Source of the DNA: a virus
Direction: 5' to 3' (one strand)
Length of the DNA stretch: 64,000 nucleotides
Virus record (IMG/VR): IMGVR_UViG_3300044712_001084
Span: 1 to 64,000 of that record
Shown: in pieces, positions 9,523 through 18,013 of the stretch
Layout of the letters: every line of letters starts with the position of its first letter
How positions within the stretch are numbered: position 1 is the stretch's first letter
Position numbers and translations under genes: made by a program
The notes under the pieces: generated by a model
Database searches by the model: none
What the model was told of the DNA's origin: nothing
Seen by the model: only the letters and a program-made list of their open reading frames with translations

Positions 9523-9837
9523 TCAGTCTCCTTTACTTATACTAAACTTGTACAACGCGTCTAGAATATCTAGACGTTGATCGATGGTCATTGGCGCGTT
9601 ATCGGCTACGAGGTCTTTGACCAACCGAACCATAACCCACCCTGTAGCGATATCACCGTCATCGCAGTCCACCTCCAATCCCATATCCACGCATAACGCC
9701 AAGAATGAGTCACGATACTCACTGGCTAGCGCCAAGTGGCCAGTCATATCCTTGACCGTATCTCTAATCCACTCTAGCTCAACCATGTAAGCCAGCGCAC
9801 GATCATTAGGAATAGGTTGCTGCCTGGGTTGGTACAT
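9523..9837 (-). CDS. Hypothetical protein
   Basis: Start MYQPRQ with GAGG RBS. Confidence 0.5.
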   Translation of the reverse strand: MYQPRQQPIPNDRALAYMVELEWIRDTVKDMTGHLALASEYRDSFLALCVDMGLEVDCDDGDIATGWVMVRLVKDLVADNAPMTIDQRLDILDALYKFSISKGD

Positions 9838-10073
9838 TACAGTAATTCCTCTCCGCATTGTGGATAGGTGTAATCTTCCACGTGATAGCATTTACCATCG
9901 CTAGTGCGCGTATAGTATCGCACATCAGTATGATTCCAGCCTTTTGTATGCGCAGCAGGACATACAACTTGCAATCTAGTGATCGTCACCTCTCCAGTAA
10001 TAGTATCGTACTCGTATGACGTAGATAGGTAGGAGAGTTCTGCACCGCAAGCCCTGCAGTACCGTGGTTTCAT
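9837..10073 (-). CDS. Small Zn-finger protein
   Basis: YCRACG...CP..H. Confidence 0.5.
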   Translation of the reverse strand: MKPRYCRACGAELSYLSTSYEYDTITGEVTITRLQVVCPAAHTKGWNHTDVRYYTRTSDGKCYHVEDYTYPQCGEELL

Positions 10074-10297
10074 CGGCTGCGTGCGCCGCAATATGGGCAA
10101 TAAACCACGTCAGCAGTGTCTTGCCAGACGTTATTGGATTGCAGGTCTGTATCTTGACCCTCAGCCGTTATGGTAATCAGCACGTAAGATGCTTCACAAT
10201 TCCCACATCGCATGACAGGAAACTCGATAGATATGGGTACGAATTGGCGCCAATGGCGTGTATAGGTCGTCAATTTGGTGTCGCTAGTTTTGGCCAT
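10070..10297 (-). CDS. Small Zn-ribbon protein
   Basis: CGNC...YCPYCG. Confidence 0.55.
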   Translation of the reverse strand: MAKTSDTKLTTYTRHWRQFVPISIEFPVMRCGNCEASYVLITITAEGQDTDLQSNNVWQDTADVVYCPYCGARSR

Positions 10298-10305
10298 GGT
10301 TCACC

Positions 10306-10524
10306 TCAACTCAGAGATATATCGATGGTATCGATGTGGCCATTGAGATAATTAGACACCTTTGTCATGATATCCGTGGCCATTTCCAGCTTAGCCAGAC
10401 CTTGTGCATAGTGCTCTCTGCCATCATAGCCATCACCGCAAAAGGTCTGTGCTTCTATCGCCAGAGCCTTTAGCAGCAAATCCAGTGCTAATACCTTTCT
10501 CTCGTTTATGTCCATATAATCCAC
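10306..10524 (-). CDS. Hypothetical protein
   Basis: Directly downstream of motif at 10535; ATG at 10515 fits the GAGG RBS. Confidence 0.55.
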   Translation of the reverse strand: MDYMDINERKVLALDLLLKALAIEAQTFCGDGYDGREHYAQGLAKLEMATDIMTKVSNYLNGHIDTIDISLS

Positions 10525-10603
10525 CTCTATCTATACTAAACTTGCTTATAAACAAAATAAACCCAGGAATTCCTGGGTTTATTGTAATAATTAGTGGGTT
10601 ATT

Positions 10604-10975
10604 TTACGACTCGAATTTGTCCACCACGTCAGGCTCTTTGACACGCGGCTCAGCAAAGTCTACGGCATCGACAGCCGTGCCCATCTCCGCCATGCAGGAG
10701 CCGCAGAAGTCGTAATGCCCGACACCAGGTCCGATGGGCAGCACCATGCGCAGAGCCGTCTCTACGCGCTGGTCGCAAGCTTCGCACTTCAGAGGATGGA
10801 ATGCCAATGGAGCAACCGCGTACAGCAGGTCTTCTAGGTCCATACCCAAAATGCGCCCATCGATAATGTCCATGACTTTCTTGACTTGGGCCACCTGAGT
10901 GGATTTCAGCACTTTATCCATCGAGGATAGTTGGCGCTTGATATGCGCTTCACGAGTGATTACAGAGTACTTCAT
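10604..10975 (-). CDS. Hypothetical Zn-binding protein
   Basis: CEAC...CGSC; GGAGG RBS. Confidence 0.6.
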   Translation of the reverse strand: MKYSVITREAHIKRQLSSMDKVLKSTQVAQVKKVMDIIDGRILGMDLEDLLYAVAPLAFHPLKCEACDQRVETALRMVLPIGPGVGHYDFCGSCMAEMGTAVDAVDFAEPRVKEPDVVDKFES

Positions 10976-11022
10976 ATGCCCTCCAAGGTATACAGTCTTA
11001 TCTTACTAAACTTGCTGGAAAG

Positions 11023-11054
11023 CAAAAGAGCCTCCATAATCGGAAGCTCTTTTG
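11023..11054 (-). terminator. Intrinsic terminator
   Basis: Minus strand GAGCTTCC-gattat-GGAGGCTC-TTTT. Confidence 0.7.
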
Positions 11055-11238
11055 GAAAACATGGGCTCAAAGCCTGGTAATGCGTCTGCTGGAAATTACG
11101 CTCAACGCGTCTGGCTTATGCTGGGTCAGCTAGCCTGAGTAGGTCCTAAGTGGAGAACATTGGCTGGCACTGAATGGCCAAGCCCTCGTTGGCTAGTATA
11201 ACCCGGCTGGAATTGGAACCAGAAGCCCATGGAATTCC
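11054..11238. ncRNA. Candidate structured ncRNA (~185 nt)
   Basis: Nested long-range helices CATGGGCT/AGCCCATG, GCTGGGT/ACCCGGC, GCTAGCC/GGCTAGT, TTGGCTG/TGGCCAA. Confidence 0.4.
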
Positions 11239-11239
11239 T

Positions 11240-11458
11240 TTACGAGTCCAGATATCTAGCCGTCATGGCCGCCATCAGACCCAGTATGCCCATAAAGACA
11301 CTGGCCAGGAATGCGCCGCTAGCCATCAATGTATCTTGGATGCTGGATGCTTCCACGCCATACAGGAATAAGATTAGTGCTAGGACGAATAGCACAATAC
11401 TGGCCACTAAAACAGCAGCCGCAAGACAAGATCCACCACCATTCGATTGTTTAGCCAT
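11240..11458 (-). CDS. Small two-TM membrane protein
   Basis: Hydrophobic; motif at 11477 and GAGG RBS upstream. Confidence 0.6.
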   Translation of the reverse strand: MAKQSNGGGSCLAAAVLVASIVLFVLALILFLYGVEASSIQDTLMASGAFLASVFMGILGLMAAMTARYLDS

Positions 11459-11542
11459 AGTTCCACCTCTATCTATACTAAACTTGCGTCATTCCAAGTC
11501 ATCCCATCCCTGGGAACATTTCAAAAAATTTTATAAAAATTT

Positions 11543-11737
11543 TTATGGCTGTCCCCAGAAACGCACGACCACCCATAGCAGACCTAATAAGAAGAAGCCA
11601 GCACCTAGTATAAGCAAGCTATATAGCATGGTATCACTGGCTGTCCAGCTAGCCGACACGCTACCAGCGTCATCCATAAATGCTACTGCCAAGCTATACA
11701 ATAGGAATACAATAAATACCAGCATAAGTTTCTTCAT
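11543..11737 (-). CDS. Small two-TM membrane protein
   Basis: MKKLMLVFIVF...; starts 2 nt after terL stop. Confidence 0.55.
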   Translation of the reverse strand: MKKLMLVFIVFLLYSLAVAFMDDAGSVSASWTASDTMLYSLLILGAGFFLLGLLWVVVRFWGQP

Positions 11738-11738
11738 A

Positions 11739-13985
11739 TTAAAATACCATCCCACCGCCCATCGAGGAATTGTCCCAAAAGGCCAAGCAGACAGAGTCCC
11801 CATAGTCAGTGGATCTACCCAGCCGCTCAGATATGTCGTTTTTACTTTCCAGCTTGATTACAGCGTCTTTTTGCATCTCATACTTGGGCGTAGATAGGTC
11901 CAGCACGAGTTCTTCCACCGGAGGGAGCATAACTTCAGAGCCGTATTCTGGATCCAATAGTTCCCGCATATTCCACCACATCGCAGCGCGTACATTTAGG
12001 AAGCGTAACTCCTTGCTACGATCCACCCAGGTCGTTCCACCCGACACCGTTATGGGTCGCAGCAGTGGTACATTGGACTCGTGTAATATATCGTAGAGCG
12101 ATGCGCCAAGCCCTCCATCAGTCTCGATATGCAACTCATAGCCTCTGGAAAGACTCTTGACGTAGCCAGCAAGGGATGTAATTGGAAGCTTCGAAAAGTA
12201 GTACATGTCGGAGATGACCAAGCGTTGTCTCCGTGCGCACACGGTTTTGTCAACCCCAGCACGCGCCACGTCCACGCCCAGGGCACGCTTGCCAGATTGC
12301 GGAGTCCTCCCGTTGGCGTGCCAAGCCTTCCAGCGCTCTGTAGCAGCCCTTATCCACGACAAAGGTATAACACCCTCTTCGCTAGAGTCAGCGAACTCCC
12401 CCAGGACGCGATTGAGGAATATAGAAGAGGACGCGCCCCACTGGCGCTCCCTCTGGCGTACCCACTCGCTAGATATGCGCCCTGCCTTTATGGCTTCATC
12501 CACTGTTACATGTCTAGTCTTCCAATCCTCATACCCTGGCTTATGGGAGTGGATGTCGTAGAATTGGCCTGATGGATCTCCAGGGGTAGATATGGCGAAT
12601 GCGAATGCCTCATCTGTAGTACCATCGTGAACGCTGGCTTCCTGGTTAGAACCCATTGTACCATCGACCTCTCTGGGTTGCTGGGTTTTGCTGGGTAGTG
12701 GGTTAGTATGGGATGCCCTGGTTCCCTGGGTTCCTATGGGTTGCTGGGATATGCTGGTAGCCCTTGGGTTGCTGGATTCCCTGGGTCGTTGGGAAGTATG
12801 GACGCGATGGAGCACGCCAGAGGTGCGTGGACTCGATGGCTCAGGTTGGCTGGGGTGGTGTGGGGCAAAACCCACGTTATCACCCACTTTCGAAGCCACT
12901 CCCTCCCCCAAGCCATCACCCACTCCCTCACCCAAGTTATCCCCCATACCAAACTCCACTCCCTGATCCACGCTTATACCCACTCCCTCCCCCATACTTT
13001 CTAACCCATCCCTAATACCCATCCCTGACATTCCAAGACTGATAGCTGCTGCTCCATCCGTTATTCTTCCACTCTTTACTCTATCCCTAATACTAGCCTC
13101 CCTTACGCTATCCACTCCCTTTACGCTATTGCTTACGATCTCCGAGAATGGACCTCCAATCAAATTTTTCACAACCGCTAGCCCACTCGCATTAGTGGCT
13201 ATACTAGGTGCTGGGTTCAGCTGGACTGCCTCCACAACCACTTTTCCTTTTATACCACCGTTGAATGGTAATCGCGTGATGGCCATCTTACCAGCGTATT
13301 TGCTACCATCCTTTAGCGCTTCCCATCTATCGATATTTGGATCACCCTCTGTGTCCTCGATTGCCATCTTGATATTCTTGGCATTGCTAAATGCGCCCTC
13401 TGCTGCATCCCAAGTCACTCTTGGAATAGCCTTGGCCTCATCGAATATGTATGTTAATCTTCTGGCGTGAGCACCCTCTATCGTATTATGATCGTCAGAT
13501 GCCACTGCGAATGCCTCCACTGTTCCAGATGACAATCGTATGGCTAATGACAAGAACTCTTTGTTGGGATCATATGGCTCTCTACCTATCAATGCCCAAT
13601 CCAAATGCCCAGCCAACTTTCTTATCTCTGGCCATAGGTACTTTTCTAACTGGCGCCATGCACTTGCCGTGGTTATAGTCTTGGCATCTGCCTCTGCTGT
13701 TAGCACTGAATGATGGGTTAGCAATGCTGCCATAAACGTCTTGCCTAATCCATGTGGACCTCTGACTGCCACTCTAGTATAGCCCTCGTCATAATACCCA
13801 AGAATTTCTTCCTGGTAAAATGCTAGCCTCTTGCCTAATGCGCCCAGCATATCGTATGCGAATGCTACCCTGTCTTTAGCATACATGCGCTGGAATTTGC
13901 GGAACTTGCCTGACGTGGATATCTGGGCATGGATAGCCAGCGAGAGGTCTGCTAAGTTGCCTGGTGTGCCAATTGACTGTAACAT
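11739..13985 (-). CDS. terL: Terminase large subunit with ~250-aa low-complexity insertion
   Basis: Walker A GPHGLGKT, Walker B YIFDEA, coupling motif ISTP, nuclease GVDVA...D...SxDYGD. Confidence 0.9.
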   Translation of the reverse strand: MLQSIGTPGNLADLSLAIHAQISTSGKFRKFQRMYAKDRVAFAYDMLGALGKRLAFYQEEILGYYDEGYTRVAVRGPHGLGKTFMAALLTHHSVLTAEADAKTITTASAWRQLEKYLWPEIRKLAGHLDWALIGREPYDPNKEFLSLAIRLSSGTVEAFAVASDDHNTIEGAHARRLTYIFDEAKAIPRVTWDAAEGAFSNAKNIKMAIEDTEGDPNIDRWEALKDGSKYAGKMAITRLPFNGGIKGKVVVEAVQLNPAPSIATNASGLAVVKNLIGGPFSEIVSNSVKGVDSVREASIRDRVKSGRITDGAAAISLGMSGMGIRDGLESMGEGVGISVDQGVEFGMGDNLGEGVGDGLGEGVASKVGDNVGFAPHHPSQPEPSSPRTSGVLHRVHTSQRPRESSNPRATSISQQPIGTQGTRASHTNPLPSKTQQPREVDGTMGSNQEASVHDGTTDEAFAFAISTPGDPSGQFYDIHSHKPGYEDWKTRHVTVDEAIKAGRISSEWVRQRERQWGASSSIFLNRVLGEFADSSEEGVIPLSWIRAATERWKAWHANGRTPQSGKRALGVDVARAGVDKTVCARRQRLVISDMYYFSKLPITSLAGYVKSLSRGYELHIETDGGLGASLYDILHESNVPLLRPITVSGGTTWVDRSKELRFLNVRAAMWWNMRELLDPEYGSEVMLPPVEELVLDLSTPKYEMQKDAVIKLESKNDISERLGRSTDYGDSVCLAFWDNSSMGGGMVF

Positions 13986-14129
13986 GTGGTTATCCTGTCT
14001 TTACTAGCCTGGAATGCTAATCCTTGGCTAGCCTTGGAATAGATGGACTAATGGTAATGGACTTTGGAATTACAAAGGCTAGCCAAGAGATATCCCTGGC
14101 TAGCCTTATGGCCTGTAAATATATACCGA

Positions 14130-16274
14130 TTAGATCATTACAAAATCATTGATCTGGACCGTTCCACCGTCTACCTTTATATCCACTGTATGCGATCCAC
14201 GCCCAGCGTACCATATCAATTGATGTAACATATATTGCGATATATTCCATGACGCTGACCATGAGCCTCCATCTATACGCCAGGAGAATGACCCACCCGT
14301 TCCAGAAGCGCTCATGCCGAATGACGCAAACGTACCGCTATATGAGATTGTACTACCCGCTGAAGATGATGATCTAGCCGTTCCCACCGTTGTCCAGGTA
14401 CCAGTTTCACCGTCATTAGCAGTGCCTAGTTTGGTTACTGGCTCATATTCAAAATCTACGCTTTCACTATACAGTCTGCTTGGCAATGGCGGTGTCCAAT
14501 CCTGCGTTATATTAGGAAATGGAGTGACTGCCCAGGCTGCTTTGAAGGCATTGGTAATCGTGGTATGACCCAGATCGTTGGGGTGAACGTCATTATGCGC
14601 TGGAAAATATTTGTCTATGTTTACTTGCGTCAGAGGTTCACCCTCTATGGTGCGAATTTCAGTAGCTAGATTAGCTCCAATTTGTAAGCCATAATGCGTT
14701 GCAAGAGCTAACCATAGATCACGCGCAGCACGTTTGGTAGCGTCCATTAGGTCGTGTTCGTCTGGCCATGTATATATACCCAAACTTATGGCCGCGTTCG
14801 GCATAAGTGTGCGGATACGTCTTATAAGCGCTTCGGCAGCACCTCTAGCGTAATTAGGCGCAGAGCCTCTCAAAAATACCTCGCCATCATTGACGGCATA
14901 ATCTATAACAACCATGTCTGGAATTACTGCTTGCAATTCTGCCATTCTAGCTAGCGATGTCCAAGAGCCGCACCCACTATTGGATAACGAGGTACGAACG
15001 TATTTTTTATCACGATATGTAGTATTCCACCACGTAATTAGCTGTGTCTGGAATGGATTAGTGGACGTGCCTCCAGCTGTTATGCTACCACCTATGAACA
15101 GCACTTGTTCCGGTGGGTTCAGGTCAGAGTCAGTAAAAAAACCTTGCAAGTTGTCCCACTCTCCGTCTGTGCCTATGGCCCACAAACTAGCCTCTCCGGT
15201 GGCGAACCCGCTAGCTGTAGCGGTGGTGGCTGTGGCGTTGAATGCTTGAGTGGTGGAATGCTTAGCTGTAACACCAACGTAAGTTTTGATGGTAGAACCG
15301 TTGGCAGTTATGTAAATATAGTAAGTTGTGCCGTTTGTCCAAGTTTGGGTTTTGCCAGCATCTAACTCGGTATCAACTCCGGCTTCGCGTTTATATAGCT
15401 TGATCGTATTGGCCGATTGAGTACATACCAATTTCAGGCAGTTGTCATCATCCGTGCGCCTGAATAATAGCGTCAATACGTCATTAGTGGCGCAAACCCA
15501 TTTGGCAACCATATGCGTATTAGCGCTACCAGTGAGTACAGCGCCAGAGGTGGCGCTGTAGGCAGACGCTGCTCCAAATTGCGTAGCTAACCCTGATACA
15601 GCTTGCGAGGCATCTGCGCAACGTAAGAACGCTATTTGACTGGTTCTATAGGTCGTCATTACAAATGGATATTCGTTCCCACCGCTGCCTTCTGTAACGC
15701 GCAATAAAGTGTAATGCGGATAGCTAGTGCCAGACTTTATAAAATATAGCGCTCCATTATTAGGTCGCAATATAACTGCCAAATCATGATACACGGCCAC
15801 GTTGCTATATGAACCTACTCCAGCAATATCCGTGCCCATCTCACGTAAGCCAACCGATACTGAGTTGGTATTGTATTGACCCAGAGCTAGCATAACACCT
15901 TGATTGTTAATACCTGTAGCAGTTCTAGCGCCAGCAAATCCGACTCTAGGACCGACCACGCCAGCGGTGGATACGTTATTATGATATACTCTGGCAAATA
16001 CTCCAGCGCCATTAGCACGCGTGACGGAATCTAACCATAAAATTGGATCTGCTACGCTACCACCGCCAGATGAAAAAACCAATTCACCATTGGCTATAGT
16101 TATATAATGCCCAGTATCTACTACCAAACGATTGCCTGGCCCAGGCTCTGCTGGAGTACCGTTGACGTTATCCACCAAGCGTGCAGTATCAAACTCATCG
16201 CGCATTAGATAACGATAACTAATGCCGCTGGATGATCTATTGAATGCTAAGCGATTTATGCGCAAATTATTCAT
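14130..16274 (-). CDS. Virion/tail-associated protein with SGNH hydrolase domain
   Basis: FIGGSIT, DYAVND, DVHPNDLGH; beta-rich N-terminal region. Confidence 0.7.
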   Translation of the reverse strand: MNNLRINRLAFNRSSSGISYRYLMRDEFDTARLVDNVNGTPAEPGPGNRLVVDTGHYITIANGELVFSSGGGSVADPILWLDSVTRANGAGVFARVYHNNVSTAGVVGPRVGFAGARTATGINNQGVMLALGQYNTNSVSVGLREMGTDIAGVGSYSNVAVYHDLAVILRPNNGALYFIKSGTSYPHYTLLRVTEGSGGNEYPFVMTTYRTSQIAFLRCADASQAVSGLATQFGAASAYSATSGAVLTGSANTHMVAKWVCATNDVLTLLFRRTDDDNCLKLVCTQSANTIKLYKREAGVDTELDAGKTQTWTNGTTYYIYITANGSTIKTYVGVTAKHSTTQAFNATATTATASGFATGEASLWAIGTDGEWDNLQGFFTDSDLNPPEQVLFIGGSITAGGTSTNPFQTQLITWWNTTYRDKKYVRTSLSNSGCGSWTSLARMAELQAVIPDMVVIDYAVNDGEVFLRGSAPNYARGAAEALIRRIRTLMPNAAISLGIYTWPDEHDLMDATKRAARDLWLALATHYGLQIGANLATEIRTIEGEPLTQVNIDKYFPAHNDVHPNDLGHTTITNAFKAAWAVTPFPNITQDWTPPLPSRLYSESVDFEYEPVTKLGTANDGETGTWTTVGTARSSSSAGSTISYSGTFASFGMSASGTGGSFSWRIDGGSWSASWNISQYMLHQLIWYAGRGSHTVDIKVDGGTVQINDFVMI

Positions 16275-16275
16275 G

Positions 16276-16617
16276 TCATGCTAGCCATTGATACTGAAGG
16301 CTTGCCGTGGCTTCCTCTTGAATGACTCGAATATCTGTGCCGGACACATAAACGATAACCGGGTCAGCGCCAGCACGTAATTGGAAACCAATCGATGCCG
16401 TTGGATTGGTTCCATCCAAACGGAACCTTACATTTTTGGTTATGGCCTGAATCATGATTTGCGTGGCACCAGCTGGTTTCGTTAGCGTGACTGCGCTGGA
16501 AATAGTGGGCCCAGAGCCGTGCGTTGAAACTGGCGCGTAGGCTTGATTGGTTTGATTACTGACCAGGCTCTTCATTTGCTGCCATAGCCGTTCCAGGTAA
16601 ACTTCAGCTGATAACAT
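16276..16617 (-). CDS. Small beta-sandwich virion protein
   Basis: QAITKNVRFRLDGTNPTASIGFQL pattern. Confidence 0.55.
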   Translation of the reverse strand: MLSAEVYLERLWQQMKSLVSNQTNQAYAPVSTHGSGPTISSAVTLTKPAGATQIMIQAITKNVRFRLDGTNPTASIGFQLRAGADPVIVYVSGTDIRVIQEEATASLQYQWLA

Positions 16618-16843
16618 TATACACCGTCCCTCTCTTATAAGTATAAGGATATATACTGGCTAGCTATCACCGCGTGACGCAGCCTTACATAATCCCCACG
16701 TGAATAAACTTGCCACTATAACGTAAATGATAATAGCTATCCACATTGATTAGCCTCTCTATCACTCTATACGCTTAGAAGCCTTTACAGCGTCAATCGC
16801 TTCTTGTACAGTGAGTATACCTCTGCCGAACTTCATAGCCAAG

Positions 16844-18013
16844 TCATCTGATATAGAGTCCATTGGAAAGTTGGACGCGTCTGCCAGCGTGCCAGCGGAA
16901 TCCGCTTCCTTTACCACCCTTGAGTCTTATTACCTCTTTACGCTCTGAGCCTCCAGCGCGCACGCCAAACTTCATAGAGCCGTCTTTGTAATACACTTTG
17001 ACAATCGTGGCTTTACTCTCGTCAACGACCTCGAACTGGTCGTTGATGTAGATAATCCGCTCAATATCGCTAGCGCTTGCCTCCTTGGCGCTCGTTGGCG
17101 TAGACGGCTGCACTAGAGGATATATAGCATTGATTTGTCGGTATAATTCCTTCCACACATAATCAACCTCGTGCATATGACCGCTATAGTCTAGCCGGGC
17201 AATCTCAGCTAACGTCTCGTTGATAGCCAGTGAGCTATATGGATCAGCCTGATAGTATGACCTGCTATATGCCGTCACACCATCTTTGGTGCGTAATTCC
17301 TCGGCATTATCCTCGATGTAGCGCATAATGACGTAGGATTGGTACTTATTTTCATAATCGGCATTACGCAAATTGCCGTCAGGCTTCATAATATATTCCA
17401 GCCTGGGCACACCTTTATCCATCTGCTCACGCATAATATTATCTATATCATACTTATCACGAGTATACTGCTCACTGAACATTTGCCATTTATCGTGCAT
17501 GACTTCGTGAGCCAGTACAGTCTTGGATATTTGATTATCCTCATTGGTATTATTATTACGTTGGAATGCTTCGTCATATAATCTTATATGCCTATCTATA
17601 GGACTATAATCTCCAGCAGCCTTCCATTTTACGTCACCGACTTGGAAAGGATATCCAACACCCTCGTAAGATATTAGAGCGGCATCATAACCCAAGCGCT
17701 CTGCTAAATGAGGAATTTGATCACGGAATGCCTCAACACGTTCTCTATGCTCTCTAGATAATCGATGTAGCGCAGCACGCTTGGCAGCCGTCTTATCAGC
17801 GAACTTTGGATCAGCTTCAATAGCGGCTGCTCGTAAACCAATGCGCGCATGGCCGCCACCTTTAGCAGAGCCGCCACGCAAGCCTGGTCTGCCTTTATGA
17901 CCGTAATTACCAGAGGTGGGCCCACCTTTGAGTCGGATAACTGACTTGGGTGTATGCAGCCAGTTCTCCCATTCAAAATCATCCAATAAATCTATATCTA
18001 GGTTAGTTGCCAT
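16844..18013 (-). CDS. Tagged protein 3: zincin metallopeptidase with N-terminal and degenerate C-terminal tag
   Basis: IRLKGGPTSGNYGHKGRPG; LAHEVMH; GVTAYS...NETLAE; C-terminal IRLKGGKGSGFRWHAGR. Confidence 0.7.
   Translation of the reverse strand: MATNLDIDLLDDFEWENWLHTPKSVIRLKGGPTSGNYGHKGRPGLRGGSAKGGGHARIGLRAAAIEADPKFADKTAAKRAALHRLSREHRERVEAFRDQIPHLAERLGYDAALISYEGVGYPFQVGDVKWKAAGDYSPIDRHIRLYDEAFQRNNNTNEDNQISKTVLAHEVMHDKWQMFSEQYTRDKYDIDNIMREQMDKGVPRLEYIMKPDGNLRNADYENKYQSYVIMRYIEDNAEELRTKDGVTAYSRSYYQADPYSSLAINETLAEIARLDYSGHMHEVDYVWKELYRQINAIYPLVQPSTPTSAKEASASDIERIIYINDQFEVVDESKATIVKVYYKDGSMKFGVRAGGSERKEVIRLKGGKGSGFRWHAGRRVQLSNGLYIR

Noticed and set aside
11195-11230. tRNA-like T-arm fragment (CTGGTTCCAATTCCAG on minus strand)
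   Set aside because: No D-arm, anticodon arm or acceptor pairing; treated as part of the ncRNA candidate.
2379-11487. CRISPR array made of ACTAAACTTGC repeats
   Set aside because: Repeats are only 11-12 bp, irregularly spaced by 100-2700 bp and separated by genes; no cas genes.
12612-13385. Intein in TerL
   Set aside because: No Cys/Ser-start block A, no His-Asn C-terminus and no LAGLIDADG motifs; the sequence is low complexity.
16703-16713. Additional motif copy AATAAACTTGC
   Set aside because: Lacks the AT-rich downstream half and probably lies within a small ORF; not counted.
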